From positions 1 through 40,360 of the forward strand of contig CAXTSK010000001.1 in assembly GCA_964246655.1 (NCBI GenBank): DNA of 40,360 nt, given 5' to 3'. The DNA comes from an uncultured Pyrinomonadaceae bacterium (lineage in GTDB: Bacteria; Acidobacteriota; Blastocatellia; Pyrinomonadales; Pyrinomonadaceae). Both the position numbers and the translations under genes were made by a program. Shown here in pieces: positions 22,007-30,260 of this stretch; positions within the stretch are counted from its first letter, which is position 1, and each line of letters opens with the position of its first letter. The notes beneath the pieces are model-generated. The model did no database searches, was not told the DNA's origin, and saw only the letters and a program-made list of their open reading frames with translations.

Positions 22007-22117
22007 AATATTCCTGCTTTCATTAATTACCGTCTCTCCGGGCTATATTGTTGCAGTCGCGAACTATTAATCAATAGAAGCAATCGGATTTCACGTTATG
22101 AAAGCTCGCGGCCGCTC

Positions 22118-24190
22118 CTACTTTCTCGCGCTCGGGTCGCCGGTAGGCGGCGGGGCATGGTCTTCTTTGGCGGGCGGGCCGAGCAGTTCGGTGAGGATGG
22201 GCTTCAGCGCGTCGGCCCACACCTGATAACCCTTCACGTCCAAGTGCAGCATGTCCCGGTTGGTCATCCCCTCGTAGAGCCTTCCCCCGCCGTCGGCGAG
22301 CCTGCCGTTGATGTTGACGAACCTGACCCTCTTCCCGTCGGCGAGCTTCGCTATCCGCCTGTTGATTTCGTCGATGATGGGCATGACGGCCACATTATCG
22401 TTGCGGGGCGTGATGCCCATGAGGATGATGGTGGCTTTGGGAGCCTTCCGGCGGCAGAGGTCGAGGATGGCCTTGATGCCTCGCGGAACGTCGGCGGCCC
22501 GCGGGTCGTCTGGGCCTTGCGGAGATGTTCTGCCGACGTTGTTCGTGCCGGCCATCAGGATGATGACTTTGGGGTTGACGCCGTCCAGTTCGCCGTTTTC
22601 CAGACGCCAGAGGATGTTCTGCGTGGTGTCGCCGCCCCAGCCGAAGTCCGCGGCGTTCCAGCCGTAGAAGTTCTGCCGCCAGTTCTCAAGGAACGCCTTG
22701 TACTGCTCGTCGCTCGTGCCCCAGCGCCGCGTGATGGAGTCGCCGAGGAAGTAGAGGTCGATGTGCCCCTTCTTCCTCTTCTCCAAAAGCTCTGCGTGCG
22801 CGAGCATCGAGTTCTGGTCGGGGCGCGGCACGGGCCGGTCTGCGGGCGGTTGGTTAGAGGTCGTTTGACCGGCCGCGCCGGAGTTAGGTTTCACCGTGCC
22901 TCCTTGAACGAGCGTATTCAGCCACTCGGCCGAGCGCGTGGTGAAAGGTCGCTGCTGGGCCGGCGTGGCCTGATGGTTGTGAGGCGATTCCGTCATGGGG
23001 ACGGCCTCTTTCGGCCCCTTAATCTGGTTGTAGGCGATCCAGATGCCGACCGGCGGCGTGACCGTATCCACGAAACCCATGGCGACCAGGGACGGAACTT
23101 TAATGCGCGGGGCGAAGTTGACGGGGTCGAAGTAGAGCGCCGTCTTCATGACCTGCGGGTCGTCGGCGGGCCAGGAGGGATAGCCCGACGCGCGCCCGTG
23201 CAGCGGCCCGTTCGTGTCGCAGCCCGCGGGCTCGTTGACGACGACGTGCGTGATCTTCGGGTGGAGCCCCGCGACGGCGAGGCTCTGCTGTCCGCCCATG
23301 CTCGTGCCCATCACGACGAGCGTGCGGCCGTCCCAGTCCGAACGACCCGCGAGGTAGTCCACGGCTCGATAGTCTGCGAGGTACATTCGCAGGAAGTAGC
23401 TCTTGTCGCGGTCGTCGCGGCCGATGGTGTGGTAGTTCTTCAACTCCTGCGGGAGCGCGTCGTAGAAGGACTGCGGCTGGTCGCCGGGCACGTCGTGCGG
23501 CTCGATGTTGAGCGCGAGCCACCCTTCGGCAGCGCGGTCTGTGACCCACTGCTTCTGCAAAGGGTAAGGCCCGCCGGCCCACTGGAGGATGACGAGCGCG
23601 GGGAACTTGCCCGGCCGCTTCGGCTTCGCCAGTTGCCCGTAGACGTGCGCGCCGCCCACGTTGTCCATCCTGATGGTGGCGTACTCCACGTCGGGCTTTC
23701 CGCTGTCCGCAGCGGTGAGGACAACGTTCTCGGGGACGGCCTTCAGCGTCTTGATTTTTGAAGCCCAGAAGTCGTCGAAGTCCGCCGGACGTGCGACGGA
23801 AGGTTGCAGCCTCTCCGGCGCCACGGCCGCGCCGAGGGCGAGGCCCGCGCCCGTATCTTGCCCCGCGCCGCCCGGGGTTGAGACTTGCACGTAGACCATC
23901 GCGGGCTCGTCCAATGTGGTCTCGATGACGGCGCGGCCGGACGAGAAGTCGAGCGTCCCGGTCTTGATTACGTCCTGATTGTTCTTCCTGACGGCGTACG
24001 TGTAGCCCTCGGTCGGGGCCGCGCCCGGCGGCAGTGCGGCCGTCCAGCCGACCTTCTCGCCGACGGCGTAGATGCCGCTCGCCTTGTACGGCGTGAACGT
24101 CGGCTGCTGCGCCGAGCACAGTTGCGCGGCGAGGTGGACGAGGACGAAGGCCGTGACGGCTGTCCGTGCAAGCTGTCTTAATGGATTCAT
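22118..24190 (-). CDS. secreted bifunctional carbohydrate esterase: acetyl-xylan-esterase-like alpha/beta hydrolase fused to an SGNH/GDSL hydrolase
   Basis: 690 aa. Signal peptide MNPLRQLARTAVTAFVLVHLAAQLCSAQ. Nucleophile elbow GTSMGG in the N-terminal 430 aa. A Pro-rich linker is followed by YFLGDSITRRWG (GDS block), GWGGD and LMAGTNN in the C-terminal 230 aa. Confidence 0.85.
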   Translation of the reverse strand: MNPLRQLARTAVTAFVLVHLAAQLCSAQQPTFTPYKASGIYAVGEKVGWTAALPPGAAPTEGYTYAVRKNNQDVIKTGTLDFSSGRAVIETTLDEPAMVYVQVSTPGGAGQDTGAGLALGAAVAPERLQPSVARPADFDDFWASKIKTLKAVPENVVLTAADSGKPDVEYATIRMDNVGGAHVYGQLAKPKRPGKFPALVILQWAGGPYPLQKQWVTDRAAEGWLALNIEPHDVPGDQPQSFYDALPQELKNYHTIGRDDRDKSYFLRMYLADYRAVDYLAGRSDWDGRTLVVMGTSMGGQQSLAVAGLHPKITHVVVNEPAGCDTNGPLHGRASGYPSWPADDPQVMKTALYFDPVNFAPRIKVPSLVAMGFVDTVTPPVGIWIAYNQIKGPKEAVPMTESPHNHQATPAQQRPFTTRSAEWLNTLVQGGTVKPNSGAAGQTTSNQPPADRPVPRPDQNSMLAHAELLEKRKKGHIDLYFLGDSITRRWGTSDEQYKAFLENWRQNFYGWNAADFGWGGDTTQNILWRLENGELDGVNPKVIILMAGTNNVGRTSPQGPDDPRAADVPRGIKAILDLCRRKAPKATIILMGITPRNDNVAVMPIIDEINRRIAKLADGKRVRFVNINGRLADGGGRLYEGMTNRDMLHLDVKGYQVWADALKPILTELLGPPAKEDHAPPPTGDPSARK

Positions 24191-24198
24191 GTGTCAAC

Positions 24199-26205
24199 CT
24201 ACGCGGGTCTGGCGTCGCCCTTCCCGACCACTTTCCAGTAGAGGTTGTAACGCTCATGCGCGACGCGGTAGAAGGGGACGAGACTCACGTCGTGTGGACG
24301 GCCGATGCCTTTCGTCTCGAACGTCAACGCCTCCCCCGTCGAAGGCTTAATCTGTTTGACCAACTCCTTCACGTCGCCGACCAGCACGGGCACTTCGACC
24401 TTGTCGTTCAGCACGTCGCCGTAGGTGCGCTCGTTGACGATGATGTCCGCTCCGGGCGTCAAACCTTCACGCCCGAGTCTGCCCGCGAGGACGATTGGCC
24501 CGTACATGAAAGCGATGAGGTCTGCGTGCCCGTGTAAGGGTTCCGCGCGGAGCGACATCGGTAGGCGCACCTCGACCGTGTCGCCGTCGCGCCACACGCG
24601 CTTCAACGCGACGTAGCCGCCGGGCCGTCGGGATGTCGTGTGACGGCGTCCGTTGACGAAGACCGTCGCCGCGTCGCACCAGGAAGGGTGACGGACGTTG
24701 AGGGTCAGACTTAAAGACCCTCGAACCTTCAGCCGCAGACGCGTGCGGTCCTGCTCAGGGAAGCGTGTCGTCTGTGTGACGGTCAGCCCCTTCTCTTTCC
24801 AGCTCAAAGTTGAAGGGATGAAGAGGTTGACGTAGAGCGTGTCGGCGCCGCGGAAGTAGATCGAGTCGCCGTACTTGGCGTGGTTCTCCATCCCCGAGCC
24901 CGTGCAGCACCAGAACGAGTCGGTCGGCGTGCAGTAGAGTTTCAGGTAGCCGGGGCGCGTGGGCTGGAAGTAGGTCATCATCCCCGAGTCGGGGTCTTGC
25001 GAGGCGAGGATGCTGTTGTAGAGGGCGCGCTCGTAGTAGTCGGCGTAAGCCGCCGAAGGGTCGAGCGCGAAGAGGCTCCGGGTCAGCCTCAGCATGTTGT
25101 GCGAGCAGCACGTCTCCATCGTCTTGGCCGAGCCAAGATGCTTTAAGAAATCCGCGGGCGGGAAGAAGTGCTCGTTGTCGCCGTTGCCGCCGGTGGCGAA
25201 CGTGCGGTTCTCAACGACCGTGCGCCAGAAGAAGCGCGCCGCCGCGCCGTAATCGTCGCGCCCGGTCAGCTCGTAGAGTCGGTTGAAACCGATGACCTTC
25301 GGGATTTGCGTGTTGGAGTGCAGCTTGTCCAGAGTGTCGCGCCCCCCGGCGAGCGGGACGAGCAGCGCGCGGTGGCAGAACCGCTCGGCGAGCGCGATGA
25401 ACCTCCGCTCGCCCGTGAGGGCGTACACGTCGGCGAGCACCTCGTTCATCCCGCCGTGCTCCGTGTCGAGCATCCGCTGGAACTGTTCGTCCGAGATGTC
25501 GCGCGTGAATTTGACGGCCCAGTCCGAAAGCTTCAAGAGCACGTCGAGCGCCGTCCGGTTGTCCGTGTGCACGTAGGTGTCGCGCAGGCCCGCGAAGACC
25601 TTGTGCATCGTGTACCAGGGCACGCCGACGAAGCGCTTCGCGTCCACGACGGCGCGGAGAGACTGCTCGCCGTCGGGGAAGGCGCAGACGAGGCCGCTCC
25701 CGCCCGCGTCCTGACACTCGCGCAGCTCCGCGACGATGTAATCCGAGCGACGCTTGAACTGCTCGTCGCCCGTCGCCGCGAACATCAACGAGCAGGCGGA
25801 CAGGTAGTGACCCAGCGTGTGTCCGTGACAGCGGATGCCGACCCAGGGCTCCTGCGACTCCCAGCCGCCGTAGACGGGCGCCTTCGGCCGGAGCCCCGCG
25901 TTGACGCGGAAGTTGTGCAGGAGGCGGTCGGGCTCAAGCCGCAGCAGGTACTTCGCGTCGCGCTCCTGCGCCTGCCGGAAAGGCCCTTCGAGGAGCCGCA
26001 CGTCGGTTAAGGGGAAGGCTGACGCGCGCGGCGTCACGGCGCCTTTCACCTGTTCGGAAGGACTGTGCGATTCGGCGGAGGCGAACGCGAGGGGGAAGGC
26101 CGCGCCGAGTGCAGCCGCGCCAACGGCTCTCAACAACTCGCGCCGCGTCAAACGTTCCCCGTCGTCGGCTGACGGACGATTCCGGCCCCGGTCTTCTTTC
26201 TTCAT
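24199..26205 (-). CDS. GH127-family (DUF1680) beta-L-arabinofuranosidase-like hydrolase with a Tat signal
   Basis: The ATG 26205 start is preferred (the longest ORF starts at GTG 26265). RRELLRAVGAAALGAAFPLAFA; LLEGPFRQAQERD; GHTLGHYLSACSLM; METCCSHNMLRL; 8 nt upstream of the esterase gene. Confidence 0.85.
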   Translation of the reverse strand: MKKEDRGRNRPSADDGERLTRRELLRAVGAAALGAAFPLAFASAESHSPSEQVKGAVTPRASAFPLTDVRLLEGPFRQAQERDAKYLLRLEPDRLLHNFRVNAGLRPKAPVYGGWESQEPWVGIRCHGHTLGHYLSACSLMFAATGDEQFKRRSDYIVAELRECQDAGGSGLVCAFPDGEQSLRAVVDAKRFVGVPWYTMHKVFAGLRDTYVHTDNRTALDVLLKLSDWAVKFTRDISDEQFQRMLDTEHGGMNEVLADVYALTGERRFIALAERFCHRALLVPLAGGRDTLDKLHSNTQIPKVIGFNRLYELTGRDDYGAAARFFWRTVVENRTFATGGNGDNEHFFPPADFLKHLGSAKTMETCCSHNMLRLTRSLFALDPSAAYADYYERALYNSILASQDPDSGMMTYFQPTRPGYLKLYCTPTDSFWCCTGSGMENHAKYGDSIYFRGADTLYVNLFIPSTLSWKEKGLTVTQTTRFPEQDRTRLRLKVRGSLSLTLNVRHPSWCDAATVFVNGRRHTTSRRPGGYVALKRVWRDGDTVEVRLPMSLRAEPLHGHADLIAFMYGPIVLAGRLGREGLTPGADIIVNERTYGDVLNDKVEVPVLVGDVKELVKQIKPSTGEALTFETKGIGRPHDVSLVPFYRVAHERYNLYWKVVGKGDARPA

Positions 26206-26308
26206 GGCTTTGCCCGACAATTCTGAGACAGACCCAATATACCGAGCCTGACGTGGTTTCCGCACTCAAAATATTAAAGCAGTTTTCACTTGAGTGAGTA
26301 TGAAGGCA

Positions 26309-26336
26309 GTTAACCGCGGAGACACGGAGGCACGGC
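26309..26336. repeat. degenerate half-element of the CACAGAGA family
   Basis: gttaaccgcggagacacggaggcacggc differs from 6541-6567 by four A-to-G changes. It lies 15 nt beyond the permease stop. Confidence 0.4.
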
Positions 26337-26350
26337 CGGTCGAGTAATCC

Positions 26351-27193
26351 TCACAGGCCGCCTATGAAGCCGACCACCGTCAACAGGCCGAGGCTCAGGC
26401 TGAAGAGGCCCGCCAGCCCTCGCACGGCGAGGTGTGCGCGCGTGAAGCGCGCGGCCGACCCGCACACGCCGCCGGTGCTGACCTATGCCACCGGCATCGA
26501 CGAATGGCAGCGTTCGGCGAAATGGCCGATGGGCGCGAAGCAGGCGATCTACCTCGCGGCGGACGGCAAGGCGGGTTTGGCCAGGCCGACGACCGCGCTC
26601 ATCTGAATCATCCCCCCGGGGGAGCCGACGCCGAAGACGGCGAGATAGAGAAGCCCGACGAAGGGCGACGAGATGGTCGAGAGCACGAGCAGCGTCAACG
26701 CCGCGCTGCCCGCCAGCCCGTGAATCATCCCGACGAACAGCGGGCGACGGCCCAGCCGCAGGCCGTGATGCGTGTGCGGGTCTTCGGGCTCGGGCGCGGC
26801 GGCGGCGAGGTGCGTGTGGACGTGCGGGTGGATGTGCTCGCGCCCGCCGTGGCGGTGCGTGTGGAGGTGGACGCGGCCGCCGCGCGCGAGCTTCCGCAAA
26901 GCGTTCGCGCCCAGCGCGACCAGCATGAGGCCGACTACGAACTCAAGCGCCCGCTCGGTTCGCGCGCCTATCTCGAAATGAAACAGGATCACGGCGGCGC
27001 CCGCGACCAGCAGCGCGAGCGTGTGGCCGAGGCCCCAGAGTCCGCCCACGAGCGACGAACTCCAGACGCTCCTGCGCTCGCTGACGATGGCTGAGACGGC
27101 CGCCAGGTGGTCGGCCTCGACCGCGTGCTTGAGACCCAGCACGAAGCCGAAGGCCAGCACGGGGGCGGCCGAGAGTGGTTCGGTCGGTGTCAT
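26351..27193 (-). pseudogene. nickel/cobalt permease (UreH/NiCoT-related, HX4DH signature), interrupted
   Basis: ATG 27193 lies 5 nt after the hypE stop. LGLKHAVEADHLAAVS signature, and His-rich loop HLHTHRHGGREHIHPHVHTH...HTHHG. The frame hits TAG at 26549-26551 and again at 26483-26485. The expected last TM helix, RFTRAHLAVRGLAGLFSLSLGLLTVVGFIGGL, then continues in the same frame to the stop at 26351. Confidence 0.6.
26469..26579 (+). other. antisense 37-codon fragment of an unrelated gene embedded in the permease
   Basis: The plus frame reads PPVLTYATGIDEWQRSAKWPMGAKQAIYLAADGKAGL, with 32 of 37 codons ending in G or C and non-shadow amino-acid composition. It resembles the C-terminal beta-domain of CocE/NonD (S15 X-Pro dipeptidyl-peptidase-like) hydrolases. 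Confidence 0.4.
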
Positions 27194-27198
27194 GGAAG

Positions 27199-28308
27199 CT
27201 AACAGATTCTCGGGAGCTGTTCGCCGACGAGCATGTCTACGATGCGCGTGCCGCCGAAGCCCGTCCGCATCGCCACGATGCCCTGCGGCTCGGCCTTCAC
27301 CTCGCCGATGACGCACGCGTCGCGGCCGTAGTCGTGCTCCCGCATGCGCGCGACGATAGAGTCGGCCGCGTCGGCCGCCACTATCGCAACCAGCTTCCCC
27401 TCGTTGGCGACGTAGAGCGGGTCGAGGCCGAGAATCTCGCACGCGCCGTGCACCTCCTCGCGCACGGGGATGAGGTCTTCGCGTATCTCGATGCAGACCT
27501 CGGATGCGAGCGCCATCTCGTTCAACGTCGTCGCCACGCCGCCGCGCGTCGGGTCGCGCAGGCAGTGAACCGCGTCCGCGTTGCCGACGCGCGCGGCCTC
27601 GTCCAACATCTCGCGGACGAGCGAGTGGAGCGGCGCGGTGTCGCTCCGGATGTCGGTCTCAAGCTCCAGCTCGCCGCGCGCGATCATGATGGTCGTGCCG
27701 TGGTCGCCGATGGTTCCGCTCAAGATAACTTTGTCGCCGACCTGCGCGCGCGCGGCGGAGATGCGCACGGGCGACTCGATCACGCCGATGCCCGCGGTGT
27801 TGATGAAGACGCGGTCGGCGCCGCCCTTCTGCACGACCTTCGTGTCGCCCGTCACGACTTGCACGCCCGCCTCGTCGGCCGCCTCGCGCATCGAGGCGAG
27901 GATGCGCCGCAACTCCTCGACGGGGAAACCCTCTTCGATGATGAACGCGGAGGAGAGGTAGAGCGGGCGGGCGCCGCTCATCGCGAGGTCGTTGACCGTG
28001 CCGCAGACGGCGAGCCGCCCGATGTCGCCGCCGGGGAAGAAGACCGGCGTGACGACGTAGGAGTCGGTCGTAAACGCCAGCCGCGCGCGCCCCTCGCCTT
28101 CGCCCACCTCGAAGACGGCCTGGTCTTCCAAGGCTTCGAGCAGAGGGTTGCGCAGTTGTTCGAGGAAGAGCCCTTCGATCAGCTCGTGCATCGCGCGCCC
28201 GCCGCTGCCGTGCGCGAGCGTAATCTGCTCGTCCCGGAGCTTGCGCTTCCTCCGACGCGCGCGCTCGACGCGCTCGAAGAGCGGCGATGGTGTGAACTCG
28301 CTTGTCAT
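27199..28308 (-). CDS. hypE: hydrogenase maturation protein HypE
   Basis: ITLAHGSGGRAMHELI, an AIR-synthase-like fold, and the C-terminal motif GEQLPRIC. Confidence 0.95.
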   Translation of the reverse strand: MTSEFTPSPLFERVERARRRKRKLRDEQITLAHGSGGRAMHELIEGLFLEQLRNPLLEALEDQAVFEVGEGEGRARLAFTTDSYVVTPVFFPGGDIGRLAVCGTVNDLAMSGARPLYLSSAFIIEEGFPVEELRRILASMREAADEAGVQVVTGDTKVVQKGGADRVFINTAGIGVIESPVRISAARAQVGDKVILSGTIGDHGTTIMIARGELELETDIRSDTAPLHSLVREMLDEAARVGNADAVHCLRDPTRGGVATTLNEMALASEVCIEIREDLIPVREEVHGACEILGLDPLYVANEGKLVAIVAADAADSIVARMREHDYGRDACVIGEVKAEPQGIVAMRTGFGGTRIVDMLVGEQLPRIC

Positions 28309-28316
28309 CTCAGAAT

Positions 28317-28378
28317 GTTGGGTGTTGGGTGCTGGGTGTTAGGTGCTGGTTAAAACCAAAACCCAACACCTAACACCC
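28317..28378. repeat. junction palindrome, GGGTGTT/AGGTGTT family
   Basis: The left arm is five 7-mers (gttgggt gttgggt gctgggt gttaggt gctggtt). The right arm is aaacccaacacctaacaccc, about 2.5 units. It fills the hypD-stop to hypE-start gap. Confidence 0.75.
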
Positions 28379-28380
28379 TT

Positions 28381-29502
28381 CTAGCTGCCTGCCGCGGAGC
28401 GCTCGGCAATCTTCGAGAGTCGGCCGAAGTTGTAGTAGGCCGCGCACGCGCCTTCGCTTGAGACCATGCACGAGCCGATGGGCGTCTCCGGCGTGCAGGC
28501 CGTGCCGAAGACCTTGCACTCCCACGGCCGCTTGACGCCTTTCAGAATCTCGCCGCACTGGCAAGCCTTCGGGTCGGCCACGCGCAGGCCGGGCACGTTG
28601 AATTTCAGCTCGGCGTCGAAGCGGGCGTACTTGCGGCTGAGCTTCATGCCGCTGTGCGCGATGGAGCCGAGGCCGCGCCACTCGAAGAAGTCGCGCGGCT
28701 CGAACACGTCGAAGAGCACTTCGAGCGCCTTGCGGTTGCCGTCGCGGTTGACGCAGCGCCCGTACTGGTTCTCGACCTCCACCCGACCTTCGACGACCTG
28801 ACGGACGAGCATGTGGATCGACTGAAGGATGTCGAGCGGCTCGAAGCCCGCGACGACGACCGGCTTGCCGTACTCCGCTGGGACGAACTCGTAAGGCCGC
28901 GTGCCGATGACCGTGCTGACGTGGCCGGGGCCGAGGAAGCCGTCGAGTTGCAAGTCGGGCGAGTCGAGCAGCGCCTTCAAAGCCGGCACGATCATGATGT
29001 GGTTGCAGAAGACGGAAAAGTTCTCGACGCCGTCCTTCTCCGCCTGCATGACGGTCAACGCCGTCGAGGGCGCGGTCGTCTCGAAGCCAAGCGCGAGGAA
29101 GACGACGTGCCGGTCGGGGTTCTTCTTCGCCAGCTTCAAAGCGTCGAGCGGCGAGTAGACCATCCGCACGTCCGCACCCGAAGCCTTCGCGTCGAGCAGA
29201 CTCGTCTTCGAGCCCGGCACGCGCATCGCGTCGCCGAAGGTCGTGAAGATGACGCCGGGCCGCTGCGCAATCGAGACGGCGTCGTCCACGCGCCCCAGGG
29301 GGATGACGCAGACGGGGCAGCCCGGCCCGTGAATCATCATGATGTTGGGCGGCAGCAAGTCCTCGATGCCGTACTTGAAGATGGTGTGCGTGTGGCCGCC
29401 GCAGACCTCCATGAACTTAAGCGGGCGCGAGGTCGTGTGCGCGATCTCCGCCGCCAGCCTCTCGGCGATGTCGCCCTGCCGGTACTCGTCTACGAACTTC
29501 AT
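28381..29502 (-). CDS. hypD: hydrogenase maturation protein HypD
   Basis: ATG 29502 with GGGGAGG upstream. MKFVDEYR, EVCGGHTHTI, GPGCPVCV, and a C-terminal Cys cluster. The track ORF extension to 29976 is Arg-rich shadow. Confidence 0.95.
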   Translation of the reverse strand: MKFVDEYRQGDIAERLAAEIAHTTSRPLKFMEVCGGHTHTIFKYGIEDLLPPNIMMIHGPGCPVCVIPLGRVDDAVSIAQRPGVIFTTFGDAMRVPGSKTSLLDAKASGADVRMVYSPLDALKLAKKNPDRHVVFLALGFETTAPSTALTVMQAEKDGVENFSVFCNHIMIVPALKALLDSPDLQLDGFLGPGHVSTVIGTRPYEFVPAEYGKPVVVAGFEPLDILQSIHMLVRQVVEGRVEVENQYGRCVNRDGNRKALEVLFDVFEPRDFFEWRGLGSIAHSGMKLSRKYARFDAELKFNVPGLRVADPKACQCGEILKGVKRPWECKVFGTACTPETPIGSCMVSSEGACAAYYNFGRLSKIAERSAAGS

Positions 29503-30260
29503 ACTCCGGCCTCCCCTTCGACCAAAGACTTGTGCTGCAAGAACTCGTGCACCACGTCCCACATGACGTGGTAGAGGGCGACGTGCGTCTCCTGTACGCG
29601 GTGGATGCTCGAAGTGGGGACGGTCAGACAGAAGTCGAGCAGCCCCGCCGCGCGCAACTCTTCCATCCGACCGCCGTCGCCGCCCGCGAAGCCCAACGTG
29701 CCGAGCTTCAGGCGGCGCGCGGTCGCGAAGGCGTGCGAGAGGTTCTCGGAGTTGCCGCTCGTCGAGATGCCCAGAAGCACGTCGCCTTCCTGCCCGAGCG
29801 CGATGAGCTGGCGCGTGAACACGTCGCCGAAGCCCACGTCGTTCGCGACGGCTGTGACCATCGCCATGTCGTTCGTCAGGCAGATGGCGGGCAGCGCCTT
29901 GCGCCCCACCGTGACGGGGTGCATGAACTCGACGGCGACGTGCTGCGCGTCGGTCGCCGAACCGCCGTTGCCGCACACCAGCAGCTTGCGCCCGCGGTGA
30001 AAAGCCTTCGCCAGCAGGAGCGACGCCGAAAGGATCGTGTCCTTGTTCTCCTCGAAGAACTTCGACTTGACCTCGACGCTCTCGCGCGCCTTCTCCAGCA
30101 GAGAGAAGCGCAGCTCTTCCAACAACTCGCCCGGCCCGCGCTCGTCCGCGTGCAGGAAGGGGTAGAAAGCTCGCGAGAAATCCCCGCCGATTGCGGACTG
30201 CGGATTGCGGATTGCGGATTCGCCCTCTTCCTTCATTCCTTGTTTATTCCCCTGCGGCAT
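29499..30260 (-). CDS. SIS-domain (GmhA/phosphoheptose-isomerase-like) protein
   Basis: LLVCGNGGSATDAQHVAVEF...LLGISTSGNSENL. ATGA overlap with hypD. The N-terminal 25 aa (ESAIRNPQSAI) are encoded by a repeat arm, so the true start is uncertain. Confidence 0.8.
   Translation of the reverse strand: MPQGNKQGMKEEGESAIRNPQSAIGGDFSRAFYPFLHADERGPGELLEELRFSLLEKARESVEVKSKFFEENKDTILSASLLLAKAFHRGRKLLVCGNGGSATDAQHVAVEFMHPVTVGRKALPAICLTNDMAMVTAVANDVGFGDVFTRQLIALGQEGDVLLGISTSGNSENLSHAFATARRLKLGTLGFAGGDGGRMEELRAAGLLDFCLTVPTSSIHRVQETHVALYHVMWDVVHEFLQHKSLVEGEAGV

Noticed and set aside
26364-26606. An 80-aa plus-strand ORF as an independent gene.
   Set aside because: Its first 35 residues are the shadow frame of the permease C-terminal helix. 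Only the internal 37 codons look coding, and they lack their own start, so I treat them as an embedded fragment rather than a gene.
29503-29976. N-terminal extension of the HypD ORF.
   Set aside because: It overlaps the SIS gene. HypD homologues begin at MKFVDEYR, and there is an SD plus an ATGA overlap at 29499-29502.
30189-30222. GGA-containing GATTGCGGATT arms as CsrA-type binding sites.
   Set aside because: The GGA motifs would be sequestered in long stems. The other repeat families (GTGATGA, GGGTGTT, CAGTTTT) lack GGA, so this does not explain the shared architecture.
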